A program made the position numbers and the translations under genes. Below the pieces are notes generated by a model that worked only from the letters and a program-made list of their open reading frames with translations, made no database searches and was not told the origin of the DNA. 32,000 nucleotides of DNA from Saccharolobus solfataricus (GTDB lineage: Archaea; Thermoproteota; Thermoprotei_A; Sulfolobales; Sulfolobaceae), in contig NZ_LT549890.1 in the NCBI RefSeq assembly GCF_900079115.1, positions 2,700,001-2,732,000 on the forward strand. Reading direction: 5' to 3'. Every line of letters begins with the position of its first letter. The first letter of the stretch is position 1. Positions 9,917 through 19,019 of this stretch are shown here, in pieces.

Positions 9917-10288
9917 ATGGGAAAGAGTAAGTACAAGAGGGACTGGAGCAAGTACGACGAGAACGTCATAACTAGATATAAGTTGATGTTCCCCTTCTAC
10001 GTATTCGAACATTGGTGGGACTTATTAGCAGAGGAGAACAGGAACGCTAGGACAAAGTATAAAGCTCCGAAGGAGTTCAACGAATTCCTAGCATTCTTAC
10101 ACATCTTCCTACCTTACAGAGCAATAGAAGGAGTATTAAGAGCCTTAGAACAATTGAAGATCATCCCCACAAGCCTCGACTACTCAACAATATGGGAGAG
10201 AGTGAGGAACATGAACATAACCTTCCCCGAGGCAAATGACGAACTTGAAGTAATTACAGACGCTACCGGCATTAGCACAAACACGGGA
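9917..10288 (+). pseudogene. IS5-family DDE transposase, N-terminal part (first D: VITDATGI)
   Basis: The ORF 9917..10303 reads into the inserted element after codon GGA at 10286-10288, ending ...NTG|RCPI*. Confidence 0.8.
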
Positions 10289-11498
10289 CGTTGTCCGATT
10301 TGAGCAAAATTAAAAATCATTATAATTACAGCATTTCAGATTATACTATTCTTCATTATATTCAAGTATAAAAAATAATATAATATGTATTAATAAGGGA
10401 AAATACAGATAATTGTACAGTTTTGCAATAAAATTTACCATAACAACAAGTAAACACGTAAACGAACCTCGTTTAATTAACGAGTACCTTCGTCCTAATC
10501 CTCGTCGAAAGAATTTCGAGATCACGATAGAAGTTAAGGAAGAATACCTCTATAACCACTCCCCTTAAAGTTGTAGACGAAGCCTTACCTTCCCTAATCT
10601 CAACACCACTACCCTCAACAGGAAGCCTAGCACTACCAACACCCTTAACTAAGACGTCCTCCCTAAAAATCCAAGCCCTATCAGCCATTAACTTAACGTT
10701 ATCAAATGAAAAGGCTAGATCACTCAAATTGGCCAATCCAACCTTGAAGTCCCTAACGAAATTAGTCCTCCTTTCCACAAGATTACAGACCTTAAACCCG
10801 AAGTAGGACTTACCGTGCTTCCTACCCCAACTACCCTTATACTTCCTAAAGGCCGTGAAGTTCTTGAGCTTGGAAGTAGTATAACCCATGAGGAGAAAAA
10901 CGTCATTGAACCCCATCTCCTTAAGGTCAAGTGAGATCTTCTCAAGACCGTTTTGAAGACTCCTCTTTCCGGGGTAGGCCTCACGGAAGAATGTGTCAAT
11001 TATGTGGTAGTCCTCGAACCTATCGTTTTTTCTCTCCCAACTTCAAGTTCAAAGCCCTTTTCCCTATACTCGCTGATCGCCTTGTCCAAAGCCTTGTTTA
11101 ACTCATCCATCAGTGTTGTTCTCATCGTCTCGCCCTCTTGAATAACTGTTTGTTGGAGTTTCTTGTAGAAGAAGAATACTGTGCTCTTTGGTGGAACTTT
11201 CCCGCCCAAGAAGTCCATAAAACTCTTACTGTCCCTAATTTCTCCCTCCAAGTTATTCCAAGAGATGTCGAAAACGAACTTGATTAGGAGGACTTTGAGG
11301 AGTGAGATGACGTCCCACTTGGGCTTCTTGGAGTAAAGGGACTTAAGCTTACTCCTAAACGTTTCCCAAGGGAAGGATTTATCCACCTTGAGTAAGAGGT
11401 CCTTTTCAGTTGAAATTGCCTTTACCGTAATATTATCTCATCCTAATTTCTTATTAATATTACTCATGAATTGCCATTTTAATCAACTTGGATAACGT
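10288..11498 (-). mobile_element. IS5-family element, 1211 bp (size class of ISC1212), inserted in the previous IS
   Basis: Terminal inverted repeats (IRs) acgttgtccgatttg / acgttatccaagttg match at 12 of 15. The element is flanked by the direct repeat CACGGG (10282-10287 and 11499-11504). Removing it restores the host transposase frame. Confidence 0.8.
10473..11386 (-). CDS. IS5-family DDE transposase in two frames (orfA 11386..about 11029, orfB about 11031..10473) joined at an A6 run
   Basis: orfA is MDKSFPWETFRSKL...ELEVGREK. The -1 frame continues NDRFEDYHIIDTFF...GFKVCNLVERRTNFVRDFKVGLANLSD...LMADRAW...RGVVIEVFFLNFYRDL, giving D, D and E regions. The A-run is the t-run 11026-11031 on the + strand. 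Confidence 0.7.
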
Positions 11499-12017
11499 CA
11501 CGGGAGGACAATATATTGTTGCCAAGTGGGGTAAGACTAGGGATTCAAAATTCCTCAAGATCGAGATAGTAATGGACAATAACGAATTCAACGTGGTAAA
11601 CGCTGAGGTCACTAGCAACGAGGTTGAAAGTGTAAAAACAGTTAAGGATCTTCAAGATAAGGGAAAGAAGGTCAAGAAGTTTTATGGAGATAAGGCATAT
11701 GACGCCAATGAGGTTTACAAGACCGGAGTTGAGGTTGTAGTTCCTCCCAAGAAGAACGCTTCTACTAAACGCCATCTTGCTAGACGTAAGGCTGTGCGTG
11801 AGTTTAGGAAGTTGGGTTATGATCGTTGGAGGGAGGAGAAGGGTTATGGTGTTAGGTGGCGGGTCGAGTCCTTGTTCTCTGCGGTGAAGCGTACTTTTGG
11901 GGAATCGGTTAGACAAGTTTTGCTGGAGTTGAGGCTAAGCTCAAGTTCTGGGCTTACGCGTGGATGGTTAACTTGGCGAATTCTGTAGTCGGTAGGGCTC
12001 TGGGTATTAGGGTGTAA
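11499..12017 (+). pseudogene. IS5-family DDE transposase, C-terminal part (YGDKAYD, RWRVESLFSAVKRTFGE), with a probable extra frameshift near 11915
   Basis: The track ORF ends at 11988 as ...GESVRQVLLELRLSSSSGLTRGWLTWRIL. The +2 frame is open from about 11914 to a stop at 12015-12017 and reads TSFAGVEAKLKFWAYAWMVNLANSVVGRALGIRV, which looks like the genuine tail. Confidence 0.55.
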
Positions 12018-12672
12018 GCTTGAGAAGAACGTTGAAATAAATATTAATTACTGAAAAATTAGTGTTATACAATATCGTTTTAATGAGACAAATTGAACGA
12101 ATCAACAAAGTACTATATATAGAAAAATTAATAATCCATTATTAAAATTAATTATCTATGCAGTCTACTAACCTTCTAGATGTTGCGACTAACGTTGCCA
12201 CTCTAATGTTTAGAGCTAACCCTAATGCTAACTTCGTTAGATATCAGTCTCCATCTTTCCAAACTAGTATTTATAGTATTTATTTAATGATGAAATTAGG
12301 CGATTTCAAATCAAATTTCATCAGTTTTTTCTCTAAATATTTTAGCCAAAATATTATTCTTACTATATGGAACTTAGTTAATAATTATGCATTGGATGAT
12401 ATAATTAGAATAATATTATATTCTATATTTATTTATACTAATTTACAAAATATTCCCAATACCTATATTCAGAAAATCAATAATTTCAGTAGTTTTCTAT
12501 ACTTTGCTCCAAAGTCTACAATTAGTGTAACTGAATTCCATGGCGGACTATCAAAATCTAGTAATTATTATTTTCTAATTGATGGTAATAATTTACAACA
12601 TCTTATGGCTTTTGCTGTACCAGGATCAGTACAAAAAATAGGTTTTAAGAATCCTGAGGTACTCTATAATGT

Positions 12673-13900
12673 GAGAGTGTCCGGAATGTAAAAAATTGAA
12701 TTTTTATTGGCAAGAATAAATTGGTTTTTAGCATTATCTTGGATTAAATTGGAGTAACACTTAAGTTATGGGAGTAGAGGGTAGTACCATGGCAAGAACA
12801 TTAAGACACATACCAAACCTGATGTACTACCCTCTTCCCCCAATAGAGGATATGCCGTGGAGGGAAAAATGGTTAACGGAGATCAAGCCCGTGCTGGACG
12901 CCATGGATTTGGAGAGGGTTCTGGGCGAGGGCGCGCTGGTTTACTTGAAGTTGTTAATCGTCATGGTGCTCTACTCTTGCTCCTATAGGGACGCGGTGAA
13001 AATGGTTAACGTGAACGTGGTCGTGGCCTGGTTCGTGGGGAGGAAGGTGGGGAAGAGCACGCTGCACGACTTCGTGGGCAGGTTGTACGGGGTGAGGAAG
13101 AAGTTGTTGGAGATTTCCTTCAAGCTTGAGGAGAAGTGCCTACCCAGTTACCTCCCTGCGAGCGCGCATCTCGTGGACTTCATGGCGTGGCTAGTGGACT
13201 CCTTCCTACTGGACTTACCTCCTGGGAAGAGGAGCGTGGAGACCTTTCGGGAGAAGGCGGAGCTGGAGAGGAGGGAAGGTAACCTGGAGAGGGCCAGGAA
13301 GCTGCTCTCCCTGGGGAGAACCAAGAGGAGGTTCGAGGGAAGGTGGACCAAGAAGAGAGGGGTCTCGCACTACGGGCTCAAGGCCATAGCCGTGATCTCC
13401 GTCTCCCTCTTCGTGAGGTCCATCACGGTGAAGCCGGCCAACTTCTCGGACAAGAGGTTCAAGTCACCGCTCAAGGGGATTAAGATCGCGGACAGGGGAT
13501 TCTCTCCCTCCCCGACACAGCTCATAGCGCGGGAGAAGCCCTTCACTACCCTGAGGGCCCACGTGGAGTTCTTCGGCACCTACCTGAACGCGTTCTGGAG
13601 GCCCTACGGGACCACGACCTGGAGGAACGACGTCTTCCTTCACGTCCTGGGAGTGATCTACAACATCAAGATGTTCCTCGCGATCCAACGGAGGACTCCT
13701 CCAGGACGTAGAGCCGTTCAGCTCTGAGACGCGCCTCCTCGCGATCAAGCAACGCTATGCGCGATAGGTAAATCCTCTCGTCTTGATATTTTTCCATTAT
13801 AAAGTTTTTCTCGGTGATCCAGGTCCTACCCTTCTGGCAATATTAATATTTATCATTCTGTTTATCTATTCGTTCAGATAATTACATTCCGGACACTCTC
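12673..13900 (+). mobile_element. 1228-bp IS (IS4/IS5-superfamily DDE element), intact reference copy
   Basis: Perfect 19-bp terminal IRs gagagtgtccggaatgtaa (12673-12691; reverse complement at 13882-13900). 4-bp direct repeat ATGT (12669-12672 and 13901-13904). The name is not asserted; it falls in the ISC1225-1234 size class. Confidence 0.85.
12768..13727 (+). CDS. DDE transposase of the 1228-bp IS
   Basis: 319 aa and markedly GC-richer than the host. Candidate catalytic regions are LVDSFLLD, IKIADRGF and RAHVEFFGTYLNAFW. Confidence 0.75.
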   Translation: MGVEGSTMARTLRHIPNLMYYPLPPIEDMPWREKWLTEIKPVLDAMDLERVLGEGALVYLKLLIVMVLYSCSYRDAVKMVNVNVVVAWFVGRKVGKSTLHDFVGRLYGVRKKLLEISFKLEEKCLPSYLPASAHLVDFMAWLVDSFLLDLPPGKRSVETFREKAELERREGNLERARKLLSLGRTKRRFEGRWTKKRGVSHYGLKAIAVISVSLFVRSITVKPANFSDKRFKSPLKGIKIADRGFSPSPTQLIAREKPFTTLRAHVEFFGTYLNAFWRPYGTTTWRNDVFLHVLGVIYNIKMFLAIQRRTPPGRRAVQL

Positions 13901-15294
13901 ATGTCTATATCAATGATATTTACGATAAATGTGTAGTCGAGTTCTCTTCATCTAATTCTGGTCCGTTTTCTAATATTGAAGTGTTTCCTGCAATAGATTT
14001 AGTACTTCCTTTCGATTTAAGAAGAGCCTCACGTAAACCTATAACTTATCTTAATAATTTCAATTTTAAATGGATAACTACGAACGAAATGAGTTTCTTG
14101 AGAAAACAGTGGACTCAAGTTTACATGCAAATGATAAATTCAATCAAATCAATCAGTTCTACTCTCAGCTCGTTATTAAAGTATCCTCCAATTTTTCCTA
14201 GCCTTTTAAATATACAGATGGCAGGAATAAATTTCCCGTTATCATTTCTTATTCCTTACAATATTAACGCAAGACAGAAATCGTTAGAAGGATTAATGAA
14301 GGAGATTCATCAAATTTGGATTATGTTACAGATAATAACTTACCTTAAAAATCAAGCTAGATTAAAACTATTGAATCTTGATTTTTCCCAGAGCTCCAGC
14401 AATCCAATAGCAATCTTTAGCTGTAATGGTCAAGATTGTTCGTTATGGTATGAGTTCGATATGAATCCACATACTATGTGTAGAGGGCTGCTGTGGAATT
14501 TAAATAGTGGTCCTTCTTGGTTGGAAAACTTTTATCAAAGAGTAACTAAATGTATTAATAGTAGTACAGTAACTTCTATCCCATTAAGGCCAGACATAGT
14601 AATATTGAGAGGAGCTAAGAACTGTCAAGATATATTATCAAATGGGCTAAGCGTAGAGATAGTAATAGAATGCAAAAATCAACAATATAAGTTCTGGAGT
14701 AATAATATAAAAACTCAGATTTTGCCATATAAATGTATTTTCAACCCTAATAAAATGATCCTAGCTTCAATGGAACAGATTCCAAACATAATCAAAACAC
14801 AATTAAGTAATAATGGTGTAATAGCAATAGATTTAGTTGAACCAAATAATAATGGAATAACACAATTGTTAAAATATATTTAGCTATACTTTAAATTTTT
14901 GATTATTTTATACTATTAAGACGTAAAATTCCTATTCTCTTTTTAACCAAATATTTATATTAAATCTCATATATCAGATTTTAACTAGAATATATTAGTA
15001 TTTTCTACAAAATCCTTATCACTTAATGAATGAAAAGAATCAGTTGTGTTTCACCAATTTTACTAGAAATGATGTAATTTCTATGGTAGGGGAAAATATC
15101 GAGTTATGGTTGTGAAAATCGGCTTATTTCAACATGATTATCAAAAAATTTTTAGATTAAACGAGAAGCATGGTTAAAAAGGAGTTTGTATATAGAGGGT
15201 AATATCATCTGTTTAGTATTATCAAGCGGGGAGGGGAGGTCTAGGGAGGAGGTGAACAGGAAAGGGTTAAAGCGAGGGACTCCATGACTCCGTT

Positions 15295-16260
15295 ATGCAA
15301 GTTTATGAAACGGGATTCAAAACGGAGTTGAAGTCCCTCGCTAGTTATTTCATCGTCAATAATCTTAACGTTATCTCCCAAGAGTTGGACACGAGGATCG
15401 CGGACGCAGCTCCGTTCCTGTTGACAGGGAACAGGGGAAAGGAGTACTTGAAGGTCGTTAGGGAAGGAGAGAAGGTGATGAGTCAAGGGGAGAGGAGCTT
15501 CAAGTTCTACCCTCACGTGAAAGTTGAGGGAGAGACTACAATCGTTGCAGTGGACGAGACCGCGATAACCGTGGGGGAGAAGGAGTCGAGGAAGGTGGAA
15601 GGATTTCAACTCTATAACGGGAAGAGGAAGGGAGTTAAGTTGAGGTCCGTGGACTTGGTGTTCCCCTTGAGGTTGTCCCTCCTCGAGGAGATAGCTGACT
15701 TGAGAAGCGATACTCCCTCCCAGTTCCTGATGAGGGCCGTGAGCGAAGTTGCTCAGCACCTCAAGATAGACTACGTTGTTGCTGACGCGGGTTTCCTGAA
15801 CTTGAAGGTAATCAAGGAGATGCCCGTGAAGACCGTGGTAGGAGGTAAGACCAACCTGAAGGGCTTCAAGGAACTCTCCAACGTCCCTCTAACCGAGAAG
15901 AAATGCGAGGTAAATGACAGGGTTTACGTTGCGTATAGGGTCCTGAAGTACAATGACCTTTACTACTATGAAGTGATATACGTCAAGGAGAAACCCAGGC
16001 ACTTCATCTTCGTTACCAACTTCAATGGAGATCCCTACAAGCTAGCTGAGCTCTACAGGTTGAGATGGCAGAGCGAAGAGGGCTTCAAGGTCAGGAAGGC
16101 CAGGATAAGGTACGTGAGGAAGTTAACCAACAAGATCTTCCTCTACCTCTATTACACTGTCCTAGATTCAGTGTGGAACCTCGTGAATTACCTCCTCTTC
16201 AACTTCAAGTCCACGAAAAGGAAGCCTCTCTCCTTCAACTCCTTCGTCAGGCTTCTCTAA
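15295..16260 (+). CDS. Transposase (IS4/ISH3-like DDE; YRLRWQSEEGFKVRK = Y(2)R(3)E(6)K motif)
   Basis: 321-aa intact ORF with VAVDETAI, VVADAGF and YRLRWQSEEGF. GC-rich. Confidence 0.8.
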   Translation: MQVYETGFKTELKSLASYFIVNNLNVISQELDTRIADAAPFLLTGNRGKEYLKVVREGEKVMSQGERSFKFYPHVKVEGETTIVAVDETAITVGEKESRKVEGFQLYNGKRKGVKLRSVDLVFPLRLSLLEEIADLRSDTPSQFLMRAVSEVAQHLKIDYVVADAGFLNLKVIKEMPVKTVVGGKTNLKGFKELSNVPLTEKKCEVNDRVYVAYRVLKYNDLYYYEVIYVKEKPRHFIFVTNFNGDPYKLAELYRLRWQSEEGFKVRKARIRYVRKLTNKIFLYLYYTVLDSVWNLVNYLLFNFKSTKRKPLSFNSFVRLL

Positions 16261-16267
16261 CTTCCTC

Positions 16268-16341
16268 GGCGTGCAGAGGACACTCTGCACGCCGTTCTAA
16301 CCACGTGATAAAAATTCAGATTATCTCCCTTTAATCTGAAT
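16268..16341 (+). other. Two perfect hairpins in the 3' untranslated part of the 1439-bp IS
   Basis: ggcgtgcaga-ggacac-tctgcacgcc (16268-16293; 10-bp stem) and attcagatta-tctccctt-taatctgaat (16314-16341; 10-bp stem). The first begins 8 nt after the transposase stop. Confidence 0.6.
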
Positions 16342-17166
16342 CTACACGTTATGTTTATTGCAAATAATGTTAATATGCTATATTTCACTATAATATCACT
16401 ATCTTTCTCTATATCAATTCCCTTTTGAAAGAATTAACACAATATCTTTCAAGTGAGATAATTTGGTGAAACACAACTGGAAAAGAATATACTAAAACTT
16501 CTCAAAATTAGTAGAGTAACTTAACTTCTCCCAATAAAAATAAAGAGATCAAAATATGATTAAATGTAGTAAAGTACTAAAACACATTAAAAATTTTACT
16601 AGAATCTTTCTTACCACAAGATGGTTATAGTTAGTTCTTTATGGGTATATTTTATTAATTAATCTACTACAAGGCTTCTATTTGCACTTCGTCATGTAAG
16701 ATACATTTTATAGAGAAATTATAATTTAAACTGTATAATTAGATTTTTAATATTAAAGAGAAACATTTTTAAGTTTTCTAGATTATGTATTAAAATATGG
16801 GATTGTTGAATTTAGTAGTTAATGTAGCCCTTGGAGTTACAGAAGTTGTAAGTGACGGAGACCTTAATAAGGCAATCTCTTTTGTGCACCTTATATACTC
16901 AACTGCAAGTGCATCATACTAGGTGTCGTAAGGTAAAGCGGTAGATACTTTAGTAAGTTCGGCTGGTGTTGTCAGCTCATAATATCATTTACTTAAGTGA
17001 TTGAATTGGATTTAGTTAACACATTACCTTTAGTAAATCCAGACGACACTTATGTTATACTTTCAGAGACTTTAAAGGACAAGACTTTCTCCCTAACATA
17101 CGGAAAGGCCTTTGTGTAACTTTAGAAATGTTGTTGCCCTTTAGACTATAAACAAGATAACTCTTT

Positions 17167-17662
17167 TAGCATTTATAGGAAAATCCTGACAGCTCAAGAG
17201 GCCCATAAAAACTTTTTAAAATTAGAGCCTTTAATTTTGGTATGACCAAAGAGTCTGCGAGGAGGAGTACTATAAGGCATTGGAAAAGGCAGTTAACGAG
17301 GTCATACTATCCATGACTGGAACGAGGAAGGACGTTGCCAAGAGGCTCGTCTTGGGAGTGGTTGTGGGAAGAAATGCTACCGAGATAGCTCAGGAGGCCG
17401 AGATGGACTACGAGACCGTGCTGAATAACTTGGACAAGGCAGCTCAAGCCAAACTAATCGAGGTCGTGAAGAAGTTAGTCGGGGATCATCCTGTCCTTCT
17501 CATAATAGACGACACCCACGACCACAAGCTCTACGCTAGAGCCATGCCGGTCTCCAGAAACGGGGCACAGATCTTCTACTGCAGGGCGCACAAGAGGTTC
17601 GAACCCGCGATCCAACTCCTTGTGATTGGCGTCAAGGATCTGGTGAACAACCAGATCTACGT
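17167..17662 (+). mobile_element. 5' fragment of an IS whose terminus equals the 184-bp MITE terminus (ISC1217-like by recollection), truncated by the next IS
   Basis: It starts tagcatttataggaaaatc, identical over 19 nt to the MITE ends at 27779 and 30805 (reverse complement). The ORF breaks at 17662/17663. Confidence 0.6.
17280..17662 (+). pseudogene. Transposase N-terminal fragment (LLIIDDTHDHK first-D region)
   Basis: The track ORF 17280..17690 starts at TTG. The ATG at 17242 is out of frame (MTKESARRSTIRH), suggesting an additional frameshift. After ...NNQIYV the ORF runs into foreign sequence. Confidence 0.6.
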
Positions 17663-17971
17663 CAGTATGGGAATCTCATTTTTTGCGTAAAAAACGAGAT
17701 GAATGAAATACAGAAAAAGTTGAGAGGATGAGAATTTCTGTAGAAAAGTTTGTATATACGAGGGCGAACCTGAATGTATGAAGCATGAGAATACAACTAA
17801 ACCGGCGAAGTTCAACCGGGACTTCGCCAGGTCTGCCCTCAAGATAATTTACTCGGTCCTCACTAAAATACTTTTCCCTGAGGAACTCCTCAGTGCCTTG
17901 CTTAAGGCGAGTGGGAGCTACTTGAGCAGGTTGGGAAAAGATGGGAGAAGAGCGTTGAGAAAGTTGAACGT

Positions 17972-19019
17972 TAGTATTTCCGGAAGGTTCTTAGACTTCA
18001 ATTTTATCTAATCCTAGGTATGTTATTGCATTAAGATTAAATCTATACTTATTTTCTTCAAAGAACTGTTTAATACAGTTTTTAACGTCTTCTATCGTAT
18101 AGAATATTTTATTGCTCATGTAGTTCTTGAGGGACTTGAAGACCGCCTCAGCCATATTAAGCTCAGGCGAGTAAGGAGGAGTAAACACGGGATGAATACC
18201 CTTCCTGCGACAAACCTCAAGCGTACCCTTAGTCTTGTGAGGAGAGTAATTATCCATGACCATGTAAACCCTACCACTACCCACACGCCTCTTAAAGTAC
18301 CTCAAGAAATACTTAACGGATTCAGAGTTAGGCCTTTTAGCAAGAGAAACCACTACTTCGCCGGTCCAAGCGTTTATAGCTAGAATAACATAGATTGAGG
18401 AAAAACCTATATTGACGCGCATTACGGGCTTACTGCCAACCTTAGCTAGAACCTTCTTAATTGACGTGCTAATTACTGTCCTACACTCGTCTAGAAAGAA
18501 CAGTGCCTTTCTTTCCAATTTCTTTATTTTTTTAAAATCTTCCCACTTGTCCTTTTCTGCTTGGATGTTGGTAGGTCTGGGTTTTACTAGGTTGTATCCT
18601 AGTTCGTGGACTAGTTCGTATAGTCTGGATTTCTTGTATTCTATTCCTTGTTCTTGTAGTGCTATCTTGAGTGTTTTCATTGTCCAATATTCTTGTTGTA
18701 TTCCGTATTTTTGGGGCTTATCTTCCAGAATTTGTTTTATCTTTTCCTCTTCTACTTTTCTGGGTCTTCCTGATCTGGGCTTGTCCTTTAGTCCATCAAG
18801 ACCTTCTTTCTTGTACTTGCCAATCCATAATTTTATCGTGGAATAGCCCTTGTTAAGCATTTTCGAAACTTCTTTCTCCGATTTACCGTCAACTACGTGC
18901 AGCTTCACTGCAAGAATCCTCTCCTTAATTCTCGCGTTCTTCTCTTCCTTATAAGCTTGAACCAAATCTTGCATAGTTCAATCTGGTAATACTAATCTAT
19001 AAACTTTTCGGAAACACTA
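17972..19019 (-). mobile_element. IS630-family element, 1048 bp (matches ISC1048 by length), intact copy
   Basis: Ends are tagtatttccggaaggttcttag and, as reverse complement, tagtgtttccgaaaagtttatag. It is flanked by GT at 17970-17971 and 19020-19021. Confidence 0.85.
17991..18974 (-). CDS. IS630/Tc1-type transposase (HTH N-terminus, DDE C-terminus)
   Basis: 327-aa intact ORF with GRPRKV, FFLDE, MDNYSPHK and YSPELNMAE motifs. Confidence 0.85.
   Translation of the reverse strand: MQDLVQAYKEEKNARIKERILAVKLHVVDGKSEKEVSKMLNKGYSTIKLWIGKYKKEGLDGLKDKPRSGRPRKVEEEKIKQILEDKPQKYGIQQEYWTMKTLKIALQEQGIEYKKSRLYELVHELGYNLVKPRPTNIQAEKDKWEDFKKIKKLERKALFFLDECRTVISTSIKKVLAKVGSKPVMRVNIGFSSIYVILAINAWTGEVVVSLAKRPNSESVKYFLRYFKRRVGSGRVYMVMDNYSPHKTKGTLEVCRRKGIHPVFTPPYSPELNMAEAVFKSLKNYMSNKIFYTIEDVKNCIKQFFEENKYRFNLNAITYLGLDKIEV

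Larger units (their letters stand above)
9885..12120 (+). mobile_element. IS5-family element (size and transposase consistent with ISC1058), interrupted by a second IS; ends approximate (+/-30 bp)
   Basis: The transposase is split into 9917..10288 and 11499..12017. After removing the insert and its duplication it reads through as ...VITDATGISTNTG|GQYIVAKWG.... About 1.02 kb remains once the 1217-bp insert plus TSD is subtracted. The imperfect terminal inverted match (15 of 23) around ATTCGTT at 9883-9907 versus 12096-12118 is weak. Confidence 0.6.
12158..14883 (+). pseudogene. 497-aa hypothetical protein with C-terminal PD-(D/E)xK nuclease signature, split by an IS (exons 12158..12672 and 13905..14883)
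   Basis: Removing 12673..13900 and one ATGT copy joins ...PEVLYN-V-YINDIYDKCVVEFSSSNSGPFSNIEVFPAIDL... in frame with no stops, which I checked codon by codon. The C-terminal core is EIHQIWIMLQIITYL (helix), SLWYEFD, RPDIVILRG and VEIVIECK. The gene is very AT-rich. Confidence 0.75.
15041..16479 (+). mobile_element. 1439-bp IS, matching ISC1439 by length
   Basis: Terminal IRs cagttgtgtttcaccaa are perfect over 17 bp. A perfect 9-bp TSD GAAAAGAAT lies at 15032-15040 and 16480-16488. Confidence 0.85.

Noticed and set aside
10724-11141. ORFs 10724..10999 (-) and 10953..11141 (+).
   Set aside because: These are alternative frames of the IS5-type transposase. The real continuation is the -1 frame that carries the DDE motifs.
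13148-13748. Minus-strand ORFs 13148..13351, 13370..13579 and 13464..13748, with their duplicates 19797..20000 and 20019..20228.
   Set aside because: These are antisense shadows inside a GC-rich transposase gene. They lack motifs and overlap a well-supported CDS.
15241-16334. ORFs 15241..15759 (-) and 16065..16334 (+).
   Set aside because: They are alternative-frame and antisense shadows of the GC-rich 1439-bp IS transposase. Their composition is low-complexity and Pro/Leu/Gly-rich.
18192-18856. Plus-strand ORFs 18192..18383, 18412..18846 and 18671..18856, with their mirror images 20404..20589, 20414..20758 and 20878..21069.
   Set aside because: They lie antisense to the IS630-type transposase, and their Ser/Phe/Leu-rich sequence is typical of shadow ORFs.
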